Assembly: GCA_024508855.1 (NCBI GenBank)
Contig: JANINJ010000006.1
Coordinates: 38,301 to 102,300 of the forward strand
Direction: 5' to 3'
Length of the DNA stretch: 64,000 nucleotides
Origin: Xanthobacteraceae bacterium
GTDB lineage: Bacteria; Pseudomonadota; Alphaproteobacteria; Rhizobiales; Xanthobacteraceae
A program made the translations under genes and the position numbers. Below are positions 30,664 through 39,735 of the stretch, one piece after another. How positions within the stretch are numbered: the first letter of the stretch is position 1; the number at the start of each line of letters is the position of its first letter. Below the pieces are notes generated by a model, which saw only the letters and a program-made list of their open reading frames with translations, ran no database searches and was not told where the DNA came from.

Positions 30664-32880
30664 CTACAGAAAACTCTGCGGATCGACATCGACTTCCAGC
30701 TTGAGATTGCCTTTGGTCTTCGGTCCGGCGGCGAGCCACTCGCGCAGGTAATGCGACAGATCGACCCCGCGCGCCGATTTCACCAGCAACCTGAACCGGT
30801 AGCGGCCCTTGATGACCGCGAGCGGCGCCTCTGCCGGACCCAGCACCTGGATGCGTTCGTCGATCGGCGCCACTGCGGCCAGCTTTCGCGCAAAACCTTC
30901 CGCCGTCGGACGATCGCCTGCCGAAACGATCAGGCTCGCCAGCCTGCCGAACGGCGGATAGAGCGCGCGTTCGCGCTGTTCGATTTCAGTATCGTAAAAA
31001 GCTTCCCGATCGCAGGCGACCAGCGCCTTCATTACCGGGTGCTCCGGCTGATGCGTTTGCAGATAGCCGACACCCCGCCCTTGCTCGCGGCCGGCGCGGC
31101 CGATCACCTGATTGAGCAACTGGAAGGTCCGCTCGGCAGCGCGTGGATCGCCGTTGCTCAACCCCAGATCGGCATCGACGACGCCCACCAGATTGAGCCG
31201 CGGAAAGTTGTGGCCCTTGGCGACGAGTTGCGTACCGATGATGATATCGACACGCCCTTCGGCAATCTCGTTCAGTTCCGAGCGCATGGTTTCGATCGAA
31301 GTGATGAGATCGCTCGACAGCACCATGGTGCGCGCATCCGGAAACAGTGCAGCGGCTTCTTCCTGCAAGCGCTCGACACCGGGACCGACCGCGGCGAGCG
31401 ATTCCTCGGCAGCGCAGTGTGGACACTGATGCGGCCGTGGCATCGAGAAGCCGCAATGATGACAGACCAGTCTTTGTCGAAAGCGATGATCGACCAGCCA
31501 CGCGTCGCAAATCGTGCAGGCGAAGCGATGGCCGCAGGCGCGGCACAAGGTCAGCGGCGCATAGCCGCGGCGATTCAAGAACAGCAGCGCCTGCTCGCGC
31601 CGCTCGACCGCGATCTTGATCGCTTCGGCCAGCGGCGGCGAGATGAAGCGCCCGCGCGGCGGTCCCGCGCGGCGCAGATCGATCGCCTCGATGTGCGGCA
31701 TGTGCTGGCCACCGAATCGCGACGGCAGCGGCACGCGCAGATAACGACCTTTGCGGGCATTGACCTCACTCTCAACCGATGGTGTAGCGGAGGCCAGTAC
31801 GATCGGAATCTTGGCGATATGTGCGCGCACCACCGCCATGTCACGCGCGTGATAATGTGCGCCGTCATCCTGCTTGTAGGCCTGATCGTGCTCCTCATCG
31901 ACGACGATCAAGCCGAGATCGGCGTAGGGCAGGAACAGCGCCGAACGCGCGCCAACCACGACATGCGCTTCGCCCGCAGCAATCGAGGCCCAGTTGCGCG
32001 CGCGGGTGCGCGGCGTCAGTTCCGAATGCCATTCCAGCGGCCGCACACCGAACCGGCGCGCGAAGCGGTCGAGAAACTGGCCGGTCAGCGCGATCTCCGG
32101 CATCAAGATCAAGACCTGCCTGCCGCGCCGCACGGCTTCCGCCACAGCTTCGAAATATACTTCGGTCTTGCCGGAGCCGGTGACGCCATCGAGCAGCGCC
32201 ACCTGAAACGCATCCTTCGCCGCAAGCTGCTGCAGGATTTGTGCGGCTGACTGCTGCTCCGGCGAGAAATCCGGCGCCGCGAAAGTCGGATCGGGCGCCG
32301 GCGGCGGCAGCGCGCGCGGCATCGGCTCGACCGCCAGCGTCCCTTCGTCGACCAGACCATCGATCACGCCGGCACTGACGCCGGCTTCTTTCGCCGCATC
32401 GGATTTGCCGTGGAGGAGACCGTCCGACAAAATCTCGATCAGCCGCCGTCGTGCCGTCGTCATACGTTGCGGCGGATTGCCGATCAGCCGCACGCCGAGC
32501 CGCACCCGCTCGGGGGCAAGATGCTCGCCCATCCGCAGCGTCATCCGCAGCACCATGCCGCGCGCCGACAGCGTGTAATTGGCAACCCAGTCCACCAGCG
32601 TGCGCAGTTCCTCGCGCAACGGCGGCACATCGAGCTTTGCACTGACGTCCTTGAGCCGGTTGTGCAGGCGAGGATCCGGGTTGGCGTTCTCGGCCCATAC
32701 GACCGCCGTTACCTCGCGCGGCCCCAATGGCACGCTGACCACGTCACCCGGCTTCAGATCCGTGCCGCGGGGCACGCGATAGGAATAAGCATGGTCGAGC
32801 GCCACCGGCACCAGCACATCGACGACGCGCGAGCCTGACGACGTTGTCGAAGAAGGTTTTCCCAGTACGGAACGGTCCAT
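30664..32880 (-). CDS. priA: Primosomal replication restart helicase PriA
   Basis: 738 aa with Walker A GVTGSGKTEVY, DEAH-box VVDEEHD, and a Cys-rich Zn region (CRACGHRFACTICD...CHHCG...CPHC). Confidence 0.9.
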   Translation of the reverse strand: MDRSVLGKPSSTTSSGSRVVDVLVPVALDHAYSYRVPRGTDLKPGDVVSVPLGPREVTAVVWAENANPDPRLHNRLKDVSAKLDVPPLREELRTLVDWVANYTLSARGMVLRMTLRMGEHLAPERVRLGVRLIGNPPQRMTTARRRLIEILSDGLLHGKSDAAKEAGVSAGVIDGLVDEGTLAVEPMPRALPPPAPDPTFAAPDFSPEQQSAAQILQQLAAKDAFQVALLDGVTGSGKTEVYFEAVAEAVRRGRQVLILMPEIALTGQFLDRFARRFGVRPLEWHSELTPRTRARNWASIAAGEAHVVVGARSALFLPYADLGLIVVDEEHDQAYKQDDGAHYHARDMAVVRAHIAKIPIVLASATPSVESEVNARKGRYLRVPLPSRFGGQHMPHIEAIDLRRAGPPRGRFISPPLAEAIKIAVERREQALLFLNRRGYAPLTLCRACGHRFACTICDAWLVDHRFRQRLVCHHCGFSMPRPHQCPHCAAEESLAAVGPGVERLQEEAAALFPDARTMVLSSDLITSIETMRSELNEIAEGRVDIIIGTQLVAKGHNFPRLNLVGVVDADLGLSNGDPRAAERTFQLLNQVIGRAGREQGRGVGYLQTHQPEHPVMKALVACDREAFYDTEIEQRERALYPPFGRLASLIVSAGDRPTAEGFARKLAAVAPIDERIQVLGPAEAPLAVIKGRYRFRLLVKSARGVDLSHYLREWLAAGPKTKGNLKLEVDVDPQSFL

Positions 32881-32955
32881 GCGACGATCGGTTAGTGAAG
32901 ATGCAACGAAAGCGGTGCGATATAGTCATGAGACCTATCGCACTCTAGGGCAACC

Positions 32956-33927
32956 ATGGCGAAGCCGGACCCGACCCCCGCGCAACCCGAGATCACCTGC
33001 GCCGACGCCGACGTCGTCGCGGAAATGACGCGATGGATGGCGCATTTGCGCGCGGAACGCCGGCTGTCGCCGAAAACCAGCGAGGCCTATGCACGGGATC
33101 TGCGCCAGTTCCTGGTGTTTCTCGGCGCACATTGGGGGGCGTCGGTGACCCTGAAGCGATTCGCCGAACTTGAGGCAAGTGACGTGCGCGCCTTCATGGC
33201 GGCGCGGCGGATCCAGCAGATCGGCGGGCGGTCGCTGATGCGGGCTCTCGCAGGATTGCGCTCGTTCGCCCGTTTCCTGGAGCGCGAGGGCAAAGGCAAG
33301 GTCGGCGCCCTGTCGGCGATTCGCGCGCCCAAGGTCGGCAAGAGCCTGCCGAAGCCCATAGCCGTCGGCGCGGCGAAAGAACTGACCGATGCCGACCTGC
33401 GTGCCGGCGAAAACCGCGAGCCGTGGATCTGGGCGCGGGACGCCGCCGTCATGGCGCTCCTCTATGGGTCTGGCCTCCGTATCTCCGAAGCGCTCGGCCT
33501 CAAGAAGCGCGACGTGCCGCTACCGGGCAGCGGTGATGTGCTGACGGTGATCGGCAAGGGTAACAAGACCCGCATGGTCCCGGTGCTGCAGAATGTGCTG
33601 GCACTGATCCAAGACTATGTCGCCATGTGTCCGCACACGATTGCCGCCGATGGGCCGATTTTCGTCGGCGCGCGTGGCGGCCCGTTGAGCCCGCGGATCA
33701 TCCAGCTCACCATGGAGCGGCTGCGGGGCGCGCTCGGCCTGCCCGACAGCGCCACGCCCCATGCGCTACGTCATTCGTTCGCCACCCACCTGCTTGGCCG
33801 GGGCGGCGACCTTCGGGCCATCCAGGAACTGCTCGGCCACGCCTCGCTATCGACCACGCAGATTTATACCGGCATCGATACCGAACGGTTACTTGAGGTC
33901 TACCGCACCTCGCATCCCCGCGCCTGA
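32956..33927 (+). CDS. xerC: Xer-type tyrosine site-specific recombinase
   Basis: 323 aa. It has an N-terminal SAM-like domain (LSPKTSEAYARDLRQFLVFL) and a catalytic domain with HALRHSFATHLL and LSTTQIYTGI. It is divergent from priA in a housekeeping context. The XerC-versus-XerD assignment is tentative. Confidence 0.75.
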   Translation: MAKPDPTPAQPEITCADADVVAEMTRWMAHLRAERRLSPKTSEAYARDLRQFLVFLGAHWGASVTLKRFAELEASDVRAFMAARRIQQIGGRSLMRALAGLRSFARFLEREGKGKVGALSAIRAPKVGKSLPKPIAVGAAKELTDADLRAGENREPWIWARDAAVMALLYGSGLRISEALGLKKRDVPLPGSGDVLTVIGKGNKTRMVPVLQNVLALIQDYVAMCPHTIAADGPIFVGARGGPLSPRIIQLTMERLRGALGLPDSATPHALRHSFATHLLGRGGDLRAIQELLGHASLSTTQIYTGIDTERLLEVYRTSHPRA

Positions 33928-34012
33928 CCGCACCTCTCAGAATAATTCCCGGGACGCCGCAGCCGGCCACTTGTCTGCCGGAACCGGTTCGGTCAATCGT
34001 AAGGCTCCTCAA

Positions 34013-34618
34013 ATGGAGCAGGATGCCATGAGCGCCCACGAAAGCATGGAACACGCCGAACATGCCGAGCACGCGTCTGGTGAGAACAAGAAGATCGCAT
34101 TGCTGATCGCGATCATCGCCCTGTGCCTCGCGCTCTCCGAGACGCTGGGCAAAGGCGCGCAGACCGAATCGATCAGCGAGAACGTGGCATCCGCCAACCT
34201 CTGGGCGTTCTTCCAGGCCAAGAGCATCCGCCTGACCACGGTAAAGACCGCCGCCGAACAACTTCAGGCGCAGGCCGACACGACCGTCGACCCAGCCGTC
34301 AAGGCAGCGCTGGCCAAGCGCATCGAGGCCTGGCAGAAGACCGCGGCGCGCTACGACGACGAGCCCGAAACCGGCGAAGGCCGCAAGCAACTGGCGGAAC
34401 GCGCCAAGCACGCCGAGCACGGGCGCGACCTGGCCATGGCGAAGTACCATCACTTCGAGATCGCATCGGCGGCATTCCAGATCGCCATCGTGCTGGCGTC
34501 CGCCACCATCATCACCGGGATAGTAGCGCTGTCATGGGGTGCCGGCCTTCTGGCGCTTGCCGGGATCGCATTCACCGCCATCGGCATCTTCGCGCCGCAC
34601 GCCGTTCATCTCATGTAG
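34013..34618 (+). CDS. DUF4337-family membrane protein
   Basis: Only the C-terminal ~200 codons of ORF 33761..34618 are credible. The start is ATG 34013 or ATG 34028 (the latter has GGAG 8 nt upstream). MSAHESMEHAEHAEHASGENKKIALLIAIIALCLALSETLGKGAQ...NLWAFFQAKSIR is DUF4337-like. There are two TM segments. Confidence 0.7.
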   Translation: MEQDAMSAHESMEHAEHAEHASGENKKIALLIAIIALCLALSETLGKGAQTESISENVASANLWAFFQAKSIRLTTVKTAAEQLQAQADTTVDPAVKAALAKRIEAWQKTAARYDDEPETGEGRKQLAERAKHAEHGRDLAMAKYHHFEIASAAFQIAIVLASATIITGIVALSWGAGLLALAGIAFTAIGIFAPHAVHLM

Positions 34619-35516
34619 CGGCAGCCGATCGGCAAAGCCGAAGAACGGCGTCCGCAAAGGCCTGCGGCGCTTCCTGCGGCGGATTGTGGCCGATGCCTTT
34701 GAGCACGCGACGCTCGTAAGGCCCGACAAAGTATTTTTGATGTGCTTCCGATCCATGGACCGGAAGCACGCCATCGACTTCACCATGGATTGCGATGGTC
34801 GGCACACCGATCGTCGGCTGGGCTGCAAGTCGTGCTTCGATTGCCGCATAGCGCGGATCGCCCGGCGCATTGCCGGTGCGATGACGATAGGCGTGGATGA
34901 CGACGTCGACAAAGTCCGGATTGTCGAACGATTGCGCGGTGGCATCGTAAGTCGCGTCGTCGAAAGCCGATGTCGGCGACCACATGGTCCACAATTTCTT
35001 GCAGAGGTCGTACCGATTCTGCCGCAGGCCGTTACGGCCACGCTCCAAGTGAAAATAATACTGGTACCAGAACCGCGCCTCCTGTTCCGGGTCTGCCGGT
35101 TCGGCCGAGCGCGCGATGTCCTGGATCAGATAACCCGCGCAGGTCACGAGGCCGTGCACACGCTCCGGCCATAGCGCCGAAACGACGCAGGCCGCGCGGC
35201 CACCCCAGTCGAAGCCGGCGAGGACAGCTTTCGGAATGTTCAACGCATCGAGCAGATCGAGCAGGTCCTGTCCGACCGCAGCCTGCTCGCCGGAGCGCGG
35301 CGTATCCGCTGATAAGAAAGTCGTCGCGGCATAACCGCGGACGTCGGGGACGATGGTACGAAACCCGGCGGCGTTGAGGATCGCAACCACATCATCGAAA
35401 GCATGCGCGTCGTACGGAAAGCCATGCGACAGAACGACAGGCAATGCATCCGGTGGACCACTATCCTGATAGGCGAGATTGAGCACCGGGGTTTGCACGA
35501 AGGATCGTTCTGTCAT
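34611..35516 (-). CDS. Alpha/beta hydrolase, epoxide-hydrolase/haloalkane-dehalogenase-like
   Basis: 301 aa with the HGxP oxyanion motif (SHGFPY) and an Asp nucleophile elbow (GFDWGG). Its 3' end overlaps the convergent DUF4337 gene by 8 nt. Confidence 0.8.
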   Translation of the reverse strand: MTERSFVQTPVLNLAYQDSGPPDALPVVLSHGFPYDAHAFDDVVAILNAAGFRTIVPDVRGYAATTFLSADTPRSGEQAAVGQDLLDLLDALNIPKAVLAGFDWGGRAACVVSALWPERVHGLVTCAGYLIQDIARSAEPADPEQEARFWYQYYFHLERGRNGLRQNRYDLCKKLWTMWSPTSAFDDATYDATAQSFDNPDFVDVVIHAYRHRTGNAPGDPRYAAIEARLAAQPTIGVPTIAIHGEVDGVLPVHGSEAHQKYFVGPYERRVLKGIGHNPPQEAPQAFADAVLRLCRSAAAT

Positions 35517-35549
35517 CGCACCATCCCCACCTATGATCGACGAAGCATC

Positions 35550-36089
35550 TCAGGTCACGCGCGAGCGCGCCGATTGCACACGATGCCGGATGCGTTGCAC
35601 CAGCCGCATCCATCGCGACGATGAGTTGGAACGAAGACTCCGAAGCACGGCCTTCACGCGATCCATGATTGGCGCAACCAGTTCGAGAGCTCGCGCGCGG
35701 ATCAGCAGCACGGATTCATAGAGCCAGCGAAACCACGCCATCTGGAGAAGTTTTGGCCGCGTGACATCGAAGATAAAGGCCGCAACGCCGACGCCCATCA
35801 ATTTGGCAAACACGATGACGGCCATCGCGCCGACCCAATAATGGTGTGCGAGCAGCCAGAGACCCAGCACCTTCAGCGGGAATAGCAGGATCACCGGAAC
35901 CAGAAAGACGATCAAGGTGAGCGGCGGCGACAGCCGCTGAACCTTTTCAGCGATCCATGCCTTGATCGCCCACAGCGGGATAAGCGCGACGATCCGCGCA
36001 ACAACGGGTTCGAGATGATCCCAGAGCCACGCCTCAAGCAGGAAGATCAGCGCGAGCAGGACCCAGAGCGGTTGCAGCAGACGACGCAT
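35550..36089 (-). CDS. Hypothetical integral membrane protein (about 4 TM, basic C-terminal tail)
   Basis: 179 aa with good coding-like hydrophobic periodicity (LWVLLALIFLLEAWLW, LTLIVFLVPVILLFPLKVLGLWLL). It starts 36 nt after the lpdA stop on the same strand. No family recognised. Confidence 0.6.
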   Translation of the reverse strand: MRRLLQPLWVLLALIFLLEAWLWDHLEPVVARIVALIPLWAIKAWIAEKVQRLSPPLTLIVFLVPVILLFPLKVLGLWLLAHHYWVGAMAVIVFAKLMGVGVAAFIFDVTRPKLLQMAWFRWLYESVLLIRARALELVAPIMDRVKAVLRSLRSNSSSRWMRLVQRIRHRVQSARSRVT

Positions 36090-36125
36090 CGGCAGGTTCC
36101 CGTTCCGGCAGCGCGCCGGTTATCA

Positions 36126-37529
36126 CTACATATGGATGGCCCGCTTGCCGACCGCCAGAGCCGCTTCCTTCACTGCTTCCGAGCGTGTCGGATGGGCATG
36201 GCATGTACGCGCCAGATCCTCGGCAGAGCCGCCGAACTCCATCAACACGCAGGCCTCGTGAATCATTTCACCAGCCTCACGACCAACGATGTGAACCCCA
36301 AGGACACGATCCGTCTTGGCATCCGCCAGAATCTTCACGAAACCTTCCGTGGTCTGGTTGACCTTGGAGCGGCCGTTGGCGGTGAACGGAAACTTGCCGA
36401 CGGTGTAGGCGACGCCAGCCTGCTTCAACTCTTCCTCGGTCTTGCCGACCGAGGCGACTTCGGGCGTCGTGTAGACGACGCCGGGGATCACGTCGTAGTT
36501 CACATGCCCGGCTTGCCCGGCAAGGATTTCGGCGACCGCGACTCCCTCGTCCTCGGCCTTGTGTGCCAGCATCGGGCCACGAACGACGTCACCGATGGCG
36601 TAGATGCCTGCCACGTTGGTCGCGAAGTGATCGTTGATCTCGACGCGGCCGCGATTGTCGACGTTGACGCCGGCTTCCTTCAACCCAAGGCTGTCGGTGT
36701 GCGCGGCGCGGCCGATCGCCACCAGCACCACATCGGCGTCAATCGTTTCCGCCGCACCACCGGCTGCCGGCTCGACCTGCACCTTCAAGGTCTTGCCGCT
36801 GCTGTCGATGCTCGTGACCTTGGCTCCGAGCTTGAAGGTGAAGCCCTGCTTCTCGAGGATGCGCTGGAATTGCTTCGCCACCTCGCCGTCCATGCCCGGC
36901 AGGATACGGTCGAGGAATTCCACCACGGTGACCTGCGCGCCGAGGCGTCGCCAGACCGAGCCCAGTTCGAGGCCAATGACGCCGGCGCCGACGATCAGCA
37001 GCTTCTCCGGCACCTTGTCGAGCGCGAGCGCGCCGGTCGACGACACAACGCGCTTTTCGTCGATCTCGATGCCCTTGAGCTTCGCGACATCCGATCCGGT
37101 CGCGATGACGATGTTCTTGGTCTCGACCACCTGGGTCTGGCCATCGGCACCCTTCACCTCGACCTTGCCGGCGGAGACGATGCGGCCGGTGCCGTGCAGC
37201 ACGTCGATCTTGTTCTTCTTCATCAGGAATTCGACGCCCTTGACGTTGCCGTCGATGCCTTCCTGCTTGAATTTCATCATCGACGGCAGATCGAGCTTCG
37301 GCGCGCCGACCGAAATGCCCATCTTGGCGAAGGAATGCTCGGTCTCCTCGAACAGTTCCGACGCGTAGAGCAGCGCCTTCGACGGCATGCAGCCGACATT
37401 GAGGCAGGTGCCGCCCAAGGTCGCATTCTTCTCGACGACAGCGACCTTCATGCCGAGCTGGGCTGCACGGATCGCGCAGACGTAGCCGCCGGGGCCGGTG
37501 CCGATGACAACGAGATCGTAGGAAGCCAT
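36126..37529 (-). CDS. lpdA: Dihydrolipoyl dehydrogenase (E3)
   Basis: 467 aa with FAD motif GTGPGGY, redox-active disulfide [10 protein letters not shown], and C-terminal HAHPT. Confidence 0.95.
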   Translation of the reverse strand: MASYDLVVIGTGPGGYVCAIRAAQLGMKVAVVEKNATLGGTCLNVGCMPSKALLYASELFEETEHSFAKMGISVGAPKLDLPSMMKFKQEGIDGNVKGVEFLMKKNKIDVLHGTGRIVSAGKVEVKGADGQTQVVETKNIVIATGSDVAKLKGIEIDEKRVVSSTGALALDKVPEKLLIVGAGVIGLELGSVWRRLGAQVTVVEFLDRILPGMDGEVAKQFQRILEKQGFTFKLGAKVTSIDSSGKTLKVQVEPAAGGAAETIDADVVLVAIGRAAHTDSLGLKEAGVNVDNRGRVEINDHFATNVAGIYAIGDVVRGPMLAHKAEDEGVAVAEILAGQAGHVNYDVIPGVVYTTPEVASVGKTEEELKQAGVAYTVGKFPFTANGRSKVNQTTEGFVKILADAKTDRVLGVHIVGREAGEMIHEACVLMEFGGSAEDLARTCHAHPTRSEAVKEAALAVGKRAIHM

Positions 37530-37565
37530 GAGTTCAATCCTGTCGTTTCAATCCTGGCGTCGCGG

Positions 37566-38327
37566 CTAGCGACCGCCGGATACATTCAACGTGGTGCCGG
37601 TGACATAGGATGCCTCATCCGACATCAGCCAGACGATGGCATTGGCGATTTCATCCGCGGTGCCGACACGCTGCATCGGCACCGTCTTGCTCAGGCGGTG
37701 ATGCCGATCCGGATCGCCGCCGCTGGCATGGATTTCGGTATCGATCAGACCCGGCCGGATGCCCGCAACGCGAATGCCTTCGGCCGCGACCTCATTGGAG
37801 AGGCCGAGCGTGAAGGTATCGATGGCGCCCTTTGAGGCGGCGTAGTCGACATAGGTATTTGCAGAGCCAAGTGTCGCAGCAACCGATGACAGGTTGACGA
37901 TCACGCCGCCCTTGCCGCCATGCCTGGTCGACATCCGCTTCACCGCCTCGCGCGCACAAAGGAAACTGCCGGTGACATTGACGCGCAGCATATGATTGAT
38001 GCGATCGGCGGTCAGGTCTTCCACCCGCGCGGTCTGACCGACAATGCCGGCATTGTTGACCAGCGCGCCAAGCGGGCCGAACGAATCGGCAGCCTTGAAC
38101 AAGGCGAGGATGTCTGCCTCGACGCCGACATCGCATTTGACCGCGAGCGCCTTGCCGTTACTGGCCTCGATCTTCGCTACCACGTCGTCAGCGGCTACCT
38201 TGTTCGTAGCGTAACCGATGACAACCCGCCAGCCGCGCTTCGCAGCAGCCAGCGCTGTGGCGCGGCCGATGCCTCGGCTGCCGCCGGTGATAATGACAAC
38301 GCGTGAAGACTGCGATCCGCCGTTCAT
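37566..38327 (-). CDS. Short-chain dehydrogenase/reductase (SDR)
   Basis: 253 aa with TGGSRGIG, NNAG and YAASKGA (the YxxxK motif). It lies between sucB and lpdA. Confidence 0.85.
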   Translation of the reverse strand: MNGGSQSSRVVIITGGSRGIGRATALAAAKRGWRVVIGYATNKVAADDVVAKIEASNGKALAVKCDVGVEADILALFKAADSFGPLGALVNNAGIVGQTARVEDLTADRINHMLRVNVTGSFLCAREAVKRMSTRHGGKGGVIVNLSSVAATLGSANTYVDYAASKGAIDTFTLGLSNEVAAEGIRVAGIRPGLIDTEIHASGGDPDRHHRLSKTVPMQRVGTADEIANAIVWLMSDEASYVTGTTLNVSGGR

Positions 38328-38336
38328 CGCCCCGCC

Positions 38337-39599
38337 TTAGAGATCCAGCACCAGGCGCGCCGGGTCTTCGAGGGTCTCCTTGACGCGCACCAGGAACGTC
38401 ACCGCTTCCTTGCCGTCGATGACGCGGTGGTCGTAGGACAGCGCGAGATACATCATCGGCCGGATTTCGATCTTGCCGCCGATCGCGACCGGCCGCTCCT
38501 GAATCTTGTGCATGCCGAGAATGCCGGATTGCGGCGCATTGAGGATCGGCGTCGACATCAGCGAACCGTAGATGCCGCCATTGGTAATGGTGAAGGTGCC
38601 ACCCTGCATCTCGTCGATCTTGAGATGGCCGTCGCGCGCCCGCCGGCCGAAGTCAGCGATGCTCTTTTCGATGTCGGAGATCGATTTCTGGTCGCAGTCG
38701 CGCACTACCGGCACGACGAGGCCCTTGTCGGTGCCGACCGCGATGCCGACATGATAGTAATTCTTGTAGATCAGATCGGTACCGTCGATCTCGGCGTTGA
38801 CGGCGGGAATATCCTTGAGCGCCTGCACGCAGGCCTTGGTGAAGAAACCCATGAAGCCGAGCTTGGTGCCGTGCTTCTTCTCGAACACGTCCTTGTACTG
38901 CGAGCGCAGCGCCATGACGTGACTCATGTCGACCTCGTTGAAGGTCGTGAGCATGGCGGCGGTGTTCTGAACATCCTTGAGGCGGCGCGCGATGGTCTGG
39001 CGCAGCCGAGTCATCTTCACACGATCCTCACGCGCGGCATCGTTGGCCGGAGACGGCGCCCGGACCTGCACGGCGGCGGCAGGTTGGTTGACCGGCGTCG
39101 GCGACGATGCGGCTTTCTCGATCGCGGCCAGCATATCGCCCTTGGTGACGCGGCCGTCCTTGCCGGAACCGGGCACGGTCGACGCATCGACGCCGCTCTC
39201 GGCGGACAGCTTGCGCACCGACGGCGCCAGCGGCGCATCGGCAGGCGGCGACTTCTGTTGAGGCGCGGGTGCAGCGGCAGCAGGGGCTGACGCGGCCGGC
39301 GGTGGCGGTTCGGCGGGTGCAGCCGGCTTGGCGGGTGCTGCAGCGGCAGGCTTTGCCGCACCGGCGCCATCGGTGATCTGGCCGAGCAACGCTCCAACCG
39401 CAACCGTCTCGCCATCCTTGGCGACGATTTCGCCGAGCGTTCCTGCGGAAGGCGCAGGCACTTCGATGGTGACCTTGTCGGTCTCGAGCTCCACCAGCGG
39501 CTCGTCGACGGCGACAGCATCGCCGGCCTTCTTGAACCAGCGGCCGATCGTAGCTTCGGTGACGGATTCGCCGAGCGTGGGGACTCGAATTTCAGTCAT
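38337..39599 (-). CDS. sucB: 2-oxoglutarate dehydrogenase E2, dihydrolipoamide succinyltransferase
   Basis: 420 aa with a lipoyl domain ([11 protein letters not shown]), an Ala/Pro linker, and the catalytic motif DHRVIDG. Confidence 0.95.
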   Translation of the reverse strand: MTEIRVPTLGESVTEATIGRWFKKAGDAVAVDEPLVELETDKVTIEVPAPSAGTLGEIVAKDGETVAVGALLGQITDGAGAAKPAAAAPAKPAAPAEPPPPAASAPAAAAPAPQQKSPPADAPLAPSVRKLSAESGVDASTVPGSGKDGRVTKGDMLAAIEKAASSPTPVNQPAAAVQVRAPSPANDAAREDRVKMTRLRQTIARRLKDVQNTAAMLTTFNEVDMSHVMALRSQYKDVFEKKHGTKLGFMGFFTKACVQALKDIPAVNAEIDGTDLIYKNYYHVGIAVGTDKGLVVPVVRDCDQKSISDIEKSIADFGRRARDGHLKIDEMQGGTFTITNGGIYGSLMSTPILNAPQSGILGMHKIQERPVAIGGKIEIRPMMYLALSYDHRVIDGKEAVTFLVRVKETLEDPARLVLDL

Positions 39600-39735
39600 T
39601 GGAATTCACCTTCGAATATCGACTTGAAATCTTCGTTCGTGCGGGATGTTTCGACAAGTCGCGGAACGATATGAGGCAGATCGCGGGAGTTTTCGTTCGC
39701 CGCGCCCGGAACCGGACGCGGCGATTATTCAGAGG

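Noticed and set aside
30751-32250. 499-aa plus-strand ORF antisense to priA
   Set aside because: It is a shadow ORF, and priA on the other strand has intact helicase and Zn-finger motifs.
32956-33927. Tyrosine recombinase as a marker of a mobile element or prophage
   Set aside because: It has Xer-type architecture and sits divergent from priA among housekeeping genes. There are no flanking phage or IS genes, repeats or tRNA, so it was treated as chromosomal XerC/D rather than an integrase.
33707-34453. 248-aa minus-strand ORF and the 5' 84 codons of plus-strand ORF 33761..34618
   Set aside because: The minus-strand ORF is antisense to the xerC 3' end and the DUF4337 gene. The plus-strand extension overlaps xerC out of frame. 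Only the part from ATG 34013 or 34028 looks like a real (DUF4337) protein.
36015-37835. 606-aa plus-strand ORF antisense to lpdA and the SDR gene
   Set aside because: It is an antisense shadow ORF. It spans two real genes and their spacer, which a genuine gene would not do.
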